A stretch of 63,998 nucleotides of DNA, the filler included, from an uncultured bacterium (GTDB lineage: Bacteria > DAOPZR01), in NCBI GenBank assembly GCA_964637655.1. It is 8 parts of 8 records of this genome, joined end to end, with 100 filler letters (N's around TTAATTAATTAA, not from the genome) between each part and the next. Parts side by side here need not be neighbours in the genome. Positions count along the whole stretch, not along the records: positions 17,540 to 26,041 come from CAZWUZ010000174.1; positions 26,142 to 34,638 come from CAZWUZ010000175.1; positions 34,739 to 43,128 come from CAZWUZ010000176.1; 5 more parts are not named here. One strand, written 5' to 3'. The first letter of the stretch is position 1. Every line of letters begins with the position of its first letter. Below, one piece after another: positions 23,501 through 34,764 of the stretch. The position numbers were made by a program, and so were the translations under genes. The notes under the pieces were generated by a model that worked only from the letters and a program-made list of their open reading frames with translations, was not told where the DNA came from and made no database searches.

Positions 23501-26015
23501 GGGCAATCGCGTGGAGCAGAACGATGTTGATTCCAACGCCAACTATGCGGTCTGGCTGGCGGGCAGCGCTGTCGCGGACACCTTCACGCGCAATAACTTC
23601 TCGCCGTCCCCTGCCTGGCCTGATTCAGGTGTTTTTGCCGGCGCGGCGTGGAACTGGTCATTTACCCGCACCTGGTGGTCGACGACCGATTCGTCGGCCA
23701 TCCGCGCGCTGGTGAGCGGCCCGTATGCGGATTCGCTCACCTACAGCCCGTTCCGGCTGCGGGTGTGCGATACGCGGGCACTGCAGGACACGGTGGCGCC
23801 ATCAGCACCCGACACGGTTGTGGCTGCCGCCATCAATACCACGACGATCCGCGTCACCTGGCAGAAGGTGACGACGGATGAAGAATCGAGCCTCTATGCG
23901 CCGGCAGTCATCGGCTATGTCATCTACCGCTCCGCCACCCCCGACACGCCGTACTGGCAGCCGCGGCACGACCTCTACACCTTCGGCGGGGATACCTGCA
24001 CCTTCGATGATACCGGGCTGGCACCGGGGTCGACCTGGTATTACCGCGTCACCGCGTATGACAACCATCCGCCCTATCCCAACGAAAGTTTCTATGCGGA
24101 CTCCATCGCGATGGCAACAACCGCTGTCACGGATTCATACATTCATCCTCCCTCCGGGTGCGATACGCACGCGACGCTTTTCCTCGCGGAGGTGGTGGGG
24201 ACCGACACGGTGCTCATCGCGGCACAGGATGACGCGGACACGCTCACCATCATCGGCTATGCCCCGGGTGGTACTGATACCTGGACACTGACCGTCGACT
24301 TTCTTGACACCGGCCATTACGTGGAGATGCGGCGCGTGGCGGCAGGCGTGCTGAACGGGAGCGATACGTCACGCATCCGCGCCTTCGGCTACGGGGCGGG
24401 GCGCGCGCTGCAGATTACGCTCTTCGATTCCGCGTGGAACGATATCGGCGCCGCCCTGGCGGGCAGGGTGGCTGACTCACCGGCGCTCACCTTTGACCTG
24501 CGCGGCTGCGCCCTCAACCCGAACCGCAGCGCCATCTTCTGGCTGAACACCGCGGATTCCCGCTGGTATGACGTCACTGCTGCCGACAGCGGCATCACCA
24601 CTGACAGCTACAGCCGCAGCGGTGATTCGGTAAGCATCCGCGTCGGGCACTTCTCGCATTTCTACCCGGGCGAGGGGTGGATCGACACGCTCACGGTGGT
24701 CAAGCGGGGCGAGGTGCCGCCGCAGACGGTGGCGACAGGATCGAACAACCACGTGGTGATGACCCTGCACATCCTCGGCGACACCGCCGCGGGCGGCGAC
24801 ACGCTGACCTACGTGCGGATCAGCAATATGGGGGCGCTGAGCGGCGACAGCGCCACGCTGCGGCTGCTGGAAGACAACGGCAGCGACAGCATCTACGACG
24901 GCGGGGACACGCTCATCGCGGGCCTCGTCTGGACCGGCAGCTTCTGGGAGGATACGGCACTGCTCTACCCGCTCGGTCCGGACGGCATCGACGTGCTGGT
25001 GGTGGCGAACATTTCTGTGGGGGCACCGGACGGTGCGACGCTCGTCCCCCGCATCAATGCGGGAACCTTTGCCAGTGCGGATGAAGATTCCGGGCCGGTG
25101 TCAGCACTGCAGGCGGCCTATGCGCTGACGGTCATGGATACCGGCGGTCCCACTATCTGGTACGTCAATGACACGTCAACGGCGGGCGATTCGTGGTGCG
25201 GTGCTGTTGGCGACACGGCGAACAGCGGGCTCGACCCGCTGCACCCGAAACGGTTCCTGAACGATATCGAGAACCTGCTCACCCCGGGCGACACGGTCTA
25301 TATCGATGCCGGCACCTATCCGGAGCCGGACACCATTACCCTCACCTGCAGTTCGGTATGGATTATCGGCGTCGATTCGATGGTGACGGTGATCGATTTC
25401 GCCGATGCGTCAATCGGTGCGAATCGCCAGTTCCGCATCAGCGGGGCGAACGATGTCAGCATGCGTGACCTCGGCATCCGGCGCGGCTATTACGGTGTCT
25501 ATGCCGTAGGAAGCGATACGCTGACGCTCGAACGGTTGCGTTTGACGGAATGCGGGAACAGCGGCATCAACTTCCTCAGCAGTGCCGACTGGTCGCTCAT
25601 CACCGGCTGCGAGGCGTCAGGCAACGGCAACGGCTTCACGTTCTCCGTCTCCACGGCGCAGACGCTGCTGAACAATCTCGCCCGGAACAACAGCGCGACC
25701 GGATTTATGCTCAATTCAAACAGCAACAGCGTGCTGCGCGGCAACGTCGCGCGCGGCAACGGCAGCCACGGCTTCAACCTGTCGACGGCGAGCAACAACG
25801 AACTTACCGGCAACACGGCGTACGGCAACGGCGGCAGCGGGTTCAACCTCGTCTCGTCCTCCAACAACCGCTGCGAACAGAATACCAGCGACTCCAACAC
25901 TGCCTGGGCAGTCGCTCTCTCGGGCGGCTCCGCGGCGGACACGTTTGTCAAGAATATTTTGCGCGGCACCCCGACCGCCCCGGCGCAATTAATAGATTCA
26001 ACTGGTCTGTCATGA
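17540..26015 (+). CDS. Giant (>2800 aa) surface protein with repeated right-handed beta-helix (NosD/PbH1-like) and FN3 modules, 5' partial
   Basis: One open frame across the whole contig, N/G-rich beta-helix ladders, four FN3 modules (YRVYRS...TYYYRVTAYDNH), an NBR1-Ig-like domain and DUF1565-like starts (WYVSPSG..PFRTIGKAL). Confidence 0.9.
17885..21090 (+). repeat. Three high-similarity intragenic nucleotide repeats encoding the FN3 module (~17885-18230, ~19365-19710, ~20780-21090)
   Basis: Shared DNA, e.g. gacctcgcc(g/a)gctaccgcgtctatcgcagcacgac...acctcgta(c/t)tgggcgcc, in all three. A more diverged fourth copy lies at ~23785-24125. Confidence 0.85.
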
Positions 26016-26141
26016 CCCGATGCTTGGAAAGTTGTCAAAGCNNNNNNNNNNNNNNNNNNNNNNNNNNNNNNNNNNNNNNNNNNNNTTAATTAATTAANNN
26101 NNNNNNNNNNNNNNNNNNNNNNNNNNNNNNNNNNNNNNNNN

Positions 26142-26492
26142 CCCGCCGGCGCGGTAGCGCTGCGGCCCGTAGTAGCGGCGGAAGAAATCTTCGCCGAAGA
26201 AGTCGCGGAACGGCCCCTCCATGAACGGGTCGCGCCCGCGGCTGACCACCACCTCGCGCTCGGTGGCGATGTTGACCACCGCGGGACGCACCGCCGCCGC
26301 CGCCCCCTCGAACGCCTGCGACAGCAGGTTGGCCGCGCGCAGCGCCTCCGGCGACGTGGTCACGTTGAGCGCCGCCGTGTCGTCCGCCTGCCCGCTCCCC
26401 ACGTACCGGAAGAACGCCGCCAGCCCCACTCCGGTCAGCAGCGAACAGAGCGCCACGCTGATCAGCAGCATCCTGGTTTTGCGATTCACCAT
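26142..26492 (-). CDS. DegP/HtrA (Do-family) serine protease, N-terminal part, 3' partial
   Basis: GGAGG RBS, signal/TM segment, LSQAFEGAAAAVRPAVVNIAT...DPF..PFRDFFGEDFFRRY. Confidence 0.85.
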
Positions 26493-26595
26493 TTCTCCAC
26501 CTCCATCACCGGAGTAATTTTCGCCGGGCACCGTCGCCTGCTGACGCCGCTTCCGCCCGTATCCGTCTCTCTCCGTGAACTCCGTGGTGCAACGT

Positions 26596-27651
26596 TCAGT
26601 ATCGCAGACCCGCCCGACGGGCGAATTCCGCCAGCGCCTGCCGCTGCTCATCCGTCAGGTGTTCCGGCACCGTCACGCGAATGGAAACATACTGGTCGCC
26701 GCGCGTGCCGTTGCGCCGTTTGATGCCGCGCCCGCGCAGGCGCAATTTTGCCCCTCCCTGCGTGCCGGGCGGCAGCGTCAGTTTGACAAACCCGTCAAGC
26801 GTGCGCACCCGCAGTTTGCTTCCCAGCGCCGCCTGCGCGAAATTCACCGGCACGGTGCAGTGCACGTCGTAGCCGTCCGCGCGGAAAAAGCGGTCAGGCG
26901 AAACGTGCACCTGCACGTAGAGGTCGCCACCCCGCTTGCGGCCGCGTCCGCGACCGCCGACCGGGATGCGCAGCTTTGTCCCATCGACCGTGCCCGCGGG
27001 AATAGTGACGCTGACCGTCTCGTCATTAACCAGTACGCCATCGCCATGGCAGGTGCCGCACGGCCGGTCGATGATAGTGCCTCGCCCGCAGCAGCGCGGG
27101 CAGGGGCGGTTGAAGGCGAAGCCGCCGGCAGGCGACGCGCGCAGGCCGCTGCCATTGCACTGCGGACAGGTATGCACGGCAACCCCTGCCGCCGCCCCGG
27201 TGCCGTGACAGGCGGGACACTGCTGCTCGCGCGCGAAACGCACCGGCACCGTGCCGCCCTGCGCGGCCACCGCAAACGGGATCTCGATGGTTTCGAGCCG
27301 GTCATCGCTGCCGCCGGTAGCGCGGCTGAACCAGTCGCTGAAATCACCGCCGGCAAACCCGTCGACGATATCGCTGAAATCGAAGCCGAATCCGGTTTCA
27401 CCGCCGCCCGCCGCCGCCTGCGCGCCCGGATGGCAGCCGTATTTCCGCATCGCGTCATACTGTTTCCGCTTCTTCGCGTCACTCAGGACGGCAAACGCCT
27501 CGCCGATCTCCTTGAAGCGCTCCTCCGCCTGGCGGTCACCCTTGTTCTTGTCGGGGTGGAATTTCCGCGCCAGGGTGCGATAGGCGGACTTGACCTGTGC
27601 GTCAGTCGCGTTCTCCGCGATGCCCAATGCCCGGTAGTAGTCCCTGTTCAT
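26596..27651 (-). CDS. dnaJ: Chaperone DnaJ
   Basis: J-domain with HPD, four CxxCxGxG repeats, C-terminal domain. Confidence 0.93.
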   Translation of the reverse strand: MNRDYYRALGIAENATDAQVKSAYRTLARKFHPDKNKGDRQAEERFKEIGEAFAVLSDAKKRKQYDAMRKYGCHPGAQAAAGGGETGFGFDFSDIVDGFAGGDFSDWFSRATGGSDDRLETIEIPFAVAAQGGTVPVRFAREQQCPACHGTGAAAGVAVHTCPQCNGSGLRASPAGGFAFNRPCPRCCGRGTIIDRPCGTCHGDGVLVNDETVSVTIPAGTVDGTKLRIPVGGRGRGRKRGGDLYVQVHVSPDRFFRADGYDVHCTVPVNFAQAALGSKLRVRTLDGFVKLTLPPGTQGGAKLRLRGRGIKRRNGTRGDQYVSIRVTVPEHLTDEQRQALAEFARRAGLRY

Positions 27652-27673
27652 CGCGCCTCACCGCCTTGCTACC

Positions 27674-28165
27674 TCATGCCCCGCTCTCCGCCGCCGGGCC
27701 TGACGACACCACCACCTGCGCCGCACGCAGCACGCGGTCACCCATGCGCCAGCCGGCACGCCGCACGGCCAGGATGGTTCCCGCCGCCGCCGCGTCGGCC
27801 TTCGTTTCCAGCGCCTCGTGCCAGCGCGGGTCGAACACCGTGCCCGTCCCCGTCACCTCGCTGACCCCCTCGTCCGCGAGCAGGTCAAGAAACTGCTTGC
27901 GGATCATTTCGAGGCCGACCTTGACGTCGTCCGTCAGTGCCGGGATCATCAGCGCGTAGCCGAAATTGTCCAGCACGGGGAGCAGTTTCTCGATGACGCT
28001 CCCGCGCGCCTGCGCGTTCCACACCTGTTTCTCCTTCGCCACCCGCTTGCGGTAGTTGTCGAATTCCGCCTGCAGGCGCTGCAGGTGCCCCTTGAAGAAT
28101 TCCGCCGTCTCCGCCGCGGCGGGCGCGCTCTCCGCGCCCGCCGTCACCAGTTCTTCCGTCATCAT
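27674..28165 (-). CDS. grpE: Nucleotide exchange factor GrpE
   Basis: RLQAEFDNYRKR, LLPVLDNF, FDPRWHEA, GWRMGDRVLRAAQVVVS. Confidence 0.95.
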   Translation of the reverse strand: MMTEELVTAGAESAPAAAETAEFFKGHLQRLQAEFDNYRKRVAKEKQVWNAQARGSVIEKLLPVLDNFGYALMIPALTDDVKVGLEMIRKQFLDLLADEGVSEVTGTGTVFDPRWHEALETKADAAAAGTILAVRRAGWRMGDRVLRAAQVVVSSGPAAESGA

Positions 28166-28175
28166 CCGCCTCCGC

Positions 28176-30107
<1,932 letters not shown>

Positions 30108-30152
30108 GTCCTGCCTCCTGTATGGTCGGGAACGTTTTGTCCCTGTCAGTAT

Positions 30153-30175
30153 GCCGCCGCCTTACGGGCGGCGGC
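30153..30175. other. Perfect 9-bp GC hairpin between the receiver gene stop and dnaK
   Basis: gccgccgcc-ttacg-ggcggcggc, with no U-tract, so not a clear intrinsic terminator. Confidence 0.45.
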
Positions 30176-30623
30176 GCTCTATGGTTACGCCGCCGGGGAG
30201 CGCCTTGCGTCCCGCCCGTGCGACATGTTCTTCCCAGATCTCCGCCTGCGTCTGCTGCAACGCCACCAGGTGCCGGTCGATAAGCGCGCGCAGTTCGTCC
30301 ACGGGGAACGGCTTGCGGAACACGTACGTCACCCCGCATGACCGCGCCTGCTCTTCCAGCGCCGCATTCATCAAACCCGACATCAGCACTGCCGGGATAC
30401 AGCACTGCCGCCGCGCCATCTCGCGCAGCACTTCGATGCCGTCCATTTCCGGCAGATTGTTGTCAAAGATGGCAAACGCGATATCCTGCAGACGATCAAT
30501 GAGCGCCAACGCATCAGCGCCGCTCGCCACCCCGACGACTTCATACGTGCCGCCCAGCGCCTCGATAAGCAGGCGGCGCGTATCCTCGTCATCTTCCGCA
30601 ATCAATACATAGCGTCGTGCCAT
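30162..30623 (-). CDS. Response regulator receiver protein
   Basis: VLIAEDDE...FDNNLPEMDGIE...VLMSG...KPF. Confidence 0.9.
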   Translation of the reverse strand: MARRYVLIAEDDEDTRRLLIEALGGTYEVVGVASGADALALIDRLQDIAFAIFDNNLPEMDGIEVLREMARRQCCIPAVLMSGLMNAALEEQARSCGVTYVFRKPFPVDELRALIDRHLVALQQTQAEIWEEHVARAGRKALPGGVTIERRRP

Positions 30624-30839
30624 TGCCCTTTTTCCACTATGTCCTACTGCCGGAATAATGAAACCATCATGCCATGCCAGATAATCGCAAAACATCCCGA
30701 TATAAAAGGATAAGCACGATTACACCCAGATCATTTGGCAATCAAGATTGCGCCATTATGGCATACGTCAGCCATAGTGGTATGAGGAATTCAGCGGTTT
30801 TGCCGGTTAATCCCGTGTGCCAGCTACACGAAACACCCT

Positions 30840-31553
30840 TTACCCGTGCGTAGCAGGAGCATGAACATACGCTTCAACACAGGCATATTCGCCAATGTAC
30901 TTGAGCCGGGAGCGAATCGGCGCGAAGAATGGCTGGGCGAGCAATTCCGCGTACACGGAGGCAATACGCCCGGGGTAGACGTTCAGGTTGAAATGTATGC
31001 CGTTGTACAGAAAGCCGGTGGCAAGTTCAGGCAGTTCATGCAGCATGTAGGTGGCAAGCACTTCCACATCCTCCGGGGTGAACCGTGACGCCATGGGCCC
31101 GAGATTGGTGCGGGTCAGCTGCCCGAGGAAAGCACGAAACTCCGGGTCGGCGGCAAACGCAGCGTTGCACACACGGCTGTTATGCAGGAAGTAATCGCCG
31201 TCGATGATGTCACACCAGTCAAGGATATCGATCATGGCGCGCTGTTCCGGCGCAAGCGGGGCAAGCGCTTCGCTGCAAATCGCGTGCACTTCGTCCGCCC
31301 TGCGGAACGCCTTTTCCAGCGCGGCCAGCGGCTTGCTGCGCCCGATAATCTGATTATTGATGCGCTGCAATACATCGACCACGACGATAGCCACCCGTTC
31401 GTGCGCACAACGGGTGGCCCACTCAGCAAAGACCTGCACATATTCCGCGGTGAACACCTTGTTCTGAATGCTGATACCGAGATACGGGTTCCAGCGACGG
31501 GCGGTGATGTCGGCCGGGGCGGTGTTGTAGCAGTCGGCGAGAAACACGATCAC
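30840..31553 (-). CDS. tRNA-dependent cyclodipeptide synthase (CDPS), XYP-type
   Basis: Catalytic motifs GISIQN (GxSxxN), YMLHELP (YxxxExP) and VYP. About 235 aa, the typical CDPS size. The start is uncertain (GTG 31553 or 31547). Confidence 0.88.
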   Translation of the reverse strand: MIVFLADCYNTAPADITARRWNPYLGISIQNKVFTAEYVQVFAEWATRCAHERVAIVVVDVLQRINNQIIGRSKPLAALEKAFRRADEVHAICSEALAPLAPEQRAMIDILDWCDIIDGDYFLHNSRVCNAAFAADPEFRAFLGQLTRTNLGPMASRFTPEDVEVLATYMLHELPELATGFLYNGIHFNLNVYPGRIASVYAELLAQPFFAPIRSRLKYIGEYACVEAYVHAPATHG

Positions 31554-31666
31554 CTGACCTGTGGAAAAATGCCGGCAAGCGTTCCGGTTGGCTGCCTGTC
31601 CATGGCCTGATCGTAGCACCACTGCCACCAGCCGTCAATGTCGCGCATCACCAGTGGCATATCACG

Positions 31667-31696
31667 TTGACGCCCCCGATTGGTGCGTGTTAAAAT
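31667..31696 (+). promoter_or_regulatory. Putative sigma70 promoter pointing away from the CDPS
   Basis: TTGACG-18 bp-TAAAAT with TGn. Confidence 0.45.
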
Positions 31697-31762
31697 GCCC
31701 CCGTCCGGCGTTAACCGGCACGGGCAACACCTGACCGGTAGGCGAGAGCGCGGTCAAGAGTC

Positions 31763-31800
31763 AGTCCGTAGGACATTCAATAGTCCGTAGGACATTCAAT
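31763..31800. repeat. Perfect 19-bp tandem duplication
   Basis: agtccgtaggacattcaat twice (31763-31781 and 31782-31800). Confidence 0.95.
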
Positions 31801-31866
31801 CCCCGCCTCCGCGCCATTTTCCTGTTGCTGACTGCATCCTACCACCCTGCCTGCCCGCCGTCAACG
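31788..31866 (-). promoter_or_regulatory. Promoter + RBS + start cassette, copy 1 (79-bp direct repeat)
   Basis: Minus strand TTGACG-17-TAGGAT ... GGAGGCGGGGATTGAATG, highly similar to 34284-34362. Confidence 0.8.
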
Positions 31867-31949
31867 ACAGGATGTCGGCCGTGTCAGCGCCGCCAGGATG
31901 GCATAGGCGCTGACCAATGGTTTTCGCCCGGGAATCAGAGCGTCTCTCC

Positions 31950-32550
31950 CCCGCAGTTCCCTGTTCCCGCCGGCAGCGAAGTCCTTGACATCTGCTGCGG
32001 CGATTGCCGCATCTTCACGGCGTTCCTGCGCGCCAAAACCGTGCGCTATCGCGGGCTCGACGGCAATCCCCGGTTCGTGGCCGCGGCCCGCCGGCGCGGG
32101 TTGGCGGTTGCGCCTGCGGATCGTGGCCGGCCTGCCGACCGCGGACTATACCTTCATGCTGTTGTCGCTGTTCCATTTCCTCCCGGAAGTGGAACCGATA
32201 ATGGCCAAACTGCTGGCCAGTGCCCAGACCCGACTGCTTATCGCCGAGGCGGTGGTGACGTTTGGCTCCGCGCGGATCCTCGCGAATGCAAGGTCGCGCA
32301 GCAGCTGGGGGCCGAGTATATGTTTATCCTCGATGACGACTCCGCGATCGACGAGACAAATCTGCGCCGGATGTGCGCGTTGCTGATTGAAGAGCATGTG
32401 CTGATTCCGTGGGGAATCACGCTGGGGGCAGGGTCCATTCGGGATGACTCGACTTATGCTCTGCTGCGGGCAAGCAGATGCGTCAAGGTGAACATCTGCG
32501 TGGAATCGGCGAATCCGCGGATCGTGAAGGAGTACCGCAAGCCATACACG
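31950..32550 (+). pseudogene. Frameshifted class I SAM methyltransferase fragment joined to a radical SAM C-terminal fragment
   Basis: VLDICCGDC..YRGLDGNP in one frame, ADYTFMLLSLFHF in another, then FILDDD...VNICVESANPRIVKEYRK without the CxxxCxxC motif. Confidence 0.65.
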
Positions 32551-32566
32551 GGACAGTGGGGTATTG

Positions 32567-34291
32567 CTATACGTGCTTTCGCTTAAGCCGAAGGTGAATG
32601 ACCATCAGCAGTAAAGCCACCCCGGCCAGCACCACCGCGCCCAGCAGCATGGCGTGCACCGGAGTTTCCGGCGGGGGAACAGTATTCCCCCGTTCCCCGC
32701 TGACCGGCGGCGGGGCAACGCCCAGCGGGCTGAAGGGATTGCCGCGCCGGTACATGGCCAGCGCCAATTCGCCGAACAGGGTTTTGAACTGCGGGCTCCA
32801 TTCCTGCACCGGGGCGAGAAAACCAATCGTCACCACCCGGTTGATATGTCCGACCACCAGCGCACGATGTGCTGCCGCCGCGTCCGACCAGATGACGCCA
32901 GACGTCGGGGCAAGCTGCCCGCGCAGCAACCAGTAATCGTCGGGATTGCCGCTGCGCGCCACGGTCAGCGGCCGGGCACTAGGGGCGAGGAGTATCCCTT
33001 CAATCAGCGGACTAGAGTCAAACCATACCTCGCCCAACGTTATCCCCCTTTGCCGGGGCAGTTTCACCTCGGAAAACTGCCGACCGGCAAATTGCCCGGC
33101 TATCGCCTCCAGCAGGCGCGCGCCCCCCTCCCCGAATATGATGAAACTGTTCTCCTCAAGCTTAATCAGCACCGGAACGGGAATCTCCAGCGCGGCATAA
33201 TCGGCGGCGGTCAGGCAAACGATAACCGTTTCCACAATTGTGTCGGTTATCTGCGTCGGGACGGTCGTAGTCAGAACGTTGAGCGGGCCGAACTGACTGC
33301 GCAGCAGTTCCGGTATCTCGGTTTTCGCCCAGACAGTTCCGGATCCGTACCAAACCCCGAAATCAACCGCGGCAAACGGCTTGCGGGAAAAGCGCCGGTC
33401 AAACTGATACTCCTCGTTGCGGCGCGCTTCCATGATCGACCGGTTTTCAGCCAACCCCGCGGGAAAGGCGATGCGCCCGCGTTGCAGCGCATCCCTGGCC
33501 TCCGCTAAAAGTGCAGCTATTTTCGCATCATCACACGCGAACATATTGCCCGGATTGAGACGCTGCGAGAGTACCGCGCCGCGCCAGCCGAACAGTTCGG
33601 TTCCCTGCTGGAAAATAATGAGCGATTCCGCATAGGCATCGCCAATTAGTTCCTCCACTTCCGCCCGCGAAAGGGAAAACGCCGGGAATTCGCGATAGTC
33701 GGTTTGCCATTGTCCGAAGCGGGCACGGAGCAGCGGCGTTTCCGTGTCGCCCGGCACTTCGGCCAGCAGCAGCAGCGGATACCCAGTAAGCCGGAGTTGC
33801 GCGTACGTCTGCAATTCCTGCGGCGCACAAGGTTGGAGCCGCACCACGAATTCCTGGCCGCTGATCCGGTACAGGTCATCGACATTGACCTGCAATTCAC
33901 CAGGCCGGTACCCGTACGCGCAGACGGTGTACTCGCCACTGGCGCTGGCGCTGTAATGCCCGAGACCCGGCAGCCGGCTGATGGTTATTCTTCCGGGATT
34001 GACAGCATACATTGTCCCCCCGTCAGTCCACCGGTCATTGCCGCGATGCACTTTTTGCTCGATCCGGAACGGTATTGCCAAATCAACGCCGTTGTCGTCC
34101 TGAACCCTGACCGTGAACGTTGCGCTTTCGCTTCGGTGCGGCGTCTTGTGCGGGGCAGCGGGCCGCGCCATGGTCGGCAGCGCCGCGGCTTCGTCCAGCC
34201 GCCAGTTACTGCCAAACACTACACTGCTGATGACCGCAACCGCGATACAACCGGCACGGCCCATCCGGGAAATCATGAGTTCATAGAACAT
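32567..34291 (-). CDS. Hypothetical exported protein with C-terminal membrane anchor
   Basis: 574-aa ORF with signal-like N-terminus, Pro-rich linker, TM helix and basic tail (RLKRKHV). It has its own promoter and RBS. Confidence 0.75.
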   Translation of the reverse strand: MFYELMISRMGRAGCIAVAVISSVVFGSNWRLDEAAALPTMARPAAPHKTPHRSESATFTVRVQDDNGVDLAIPFRIEQKVHRGNDRWTDGGTMYAVNPGRITISRLPGLGHYSASASGEYTVCAYGYRPGELQVNVDDLYRISGQEFVVRLQPCAPQELQTYAQLRLTGYPLLLLAEVPGDTETPLLRARFGQWQTDYREFPAFSLSRAEVEELIGDAYAESLIIFQQGTELFGWRGAVLSQRLNPGNMFACDDAKIAALLAEARDALQRGRIAFPAGLAENRSIMEARRNEEYQFDRRFSRKPFAAVDFGVWYGSGTVWAKTEIPELLRSQFGPLNVLTTTVPTQITDTIVETVIVCLTAADYAALEIPVPVLIKLEENSFIIFGEGGARLLEAIAGQFAGRQFSEVKLPRQRGITLGEVWFDSSPLIEGILLAPSARPLTVARSGNPDDYWLLRGQLAPTSGVIWSDAAAAHRALVVGHINRVVTIGFLAPVQEWSPQFKTLFGELALAMYRRGNPFSPLGVAPPPVSGERGNTVPPPETPVHAMLLGAVVLAGVALLLMVIHLRLKRKHV

Positions 34292-34362
34292 TCAATCCCC
34301 TCCTCCGTGCCACTTTCCCGCTGCTGACTGCATCCTATCACCCTGCCTGACCATCGTCAACG
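34284..34362 (-). promoter_or_regulatory. Promoter + RBS + start cassette, copy 2
   Basis: Minus strand TTGACG-17-TAGGAT ... GGAGGAGGGGATTGAATG, containing the ATG of the 574-aa gene. Confidence 0.8.
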
Positions 34363-34477
34363 GAGTTTTCCCGGAAGATGAGCGGAAGGTGGCGCGGACC
34401 TCCTCCGGTGGCAGTCGCGCATGCTGCCGCCATCTGCCGTTGGTGATTTTCGCTTTTGACCGTTTTCCCGCCGGTGG

Positions 34478-34638
34478 TCAGGGCGGGCCGTTTGCCTGCT
34501 GGAGCGGGAGTGAACGCACCGCGCTGCTGTCGCGCCAGAAGAGCAGCACCGGGCGCAGGAGTGCGAACTTCGCCCGCGCCGCTGCGGGCCCGGTGAGGCC
34601 TTTCAGTTTCATCCCGCTGCCGCAGACCGGGCAGAGCA
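34478..34638 (-). mobile_element. C-terminal tail of a probable IS91-family transposase at the contig end
   Basis: Hand translation LCPVCGSGMKLKG...QQANGPP*, matching the CPxCGxxM...GPP ending typical of IS91-like transposases. Confidence 0.5.
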
Positions 34639-34764
34639 NNNNNNNNNNNNNNNNNNNNNNNNNNNNNNNNNNNNNNNNNNNNTTAATTAATTAANNNNNN
34701 NNNNNNNNNNNNNNNNNNNNNNNNNNNNNNNNNNNNNNACTGCCGTTGTGGGTTATGGTCAGCC

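Noticed and set aside
17885-24125. Intragenic repeats considered as a diversity-generating retroelement template/variable pair
   Set aside because: The differences are not adenine-specific, all copies are in-frame domain duplicates, and no reverse transcriptase is in the window.
30108-30839. CIRCE operator upstream of dnaK
   Set aside because: No TTAGCACTC-N9-GAGTGCTAA was found, and there is no hrcA on the contig.
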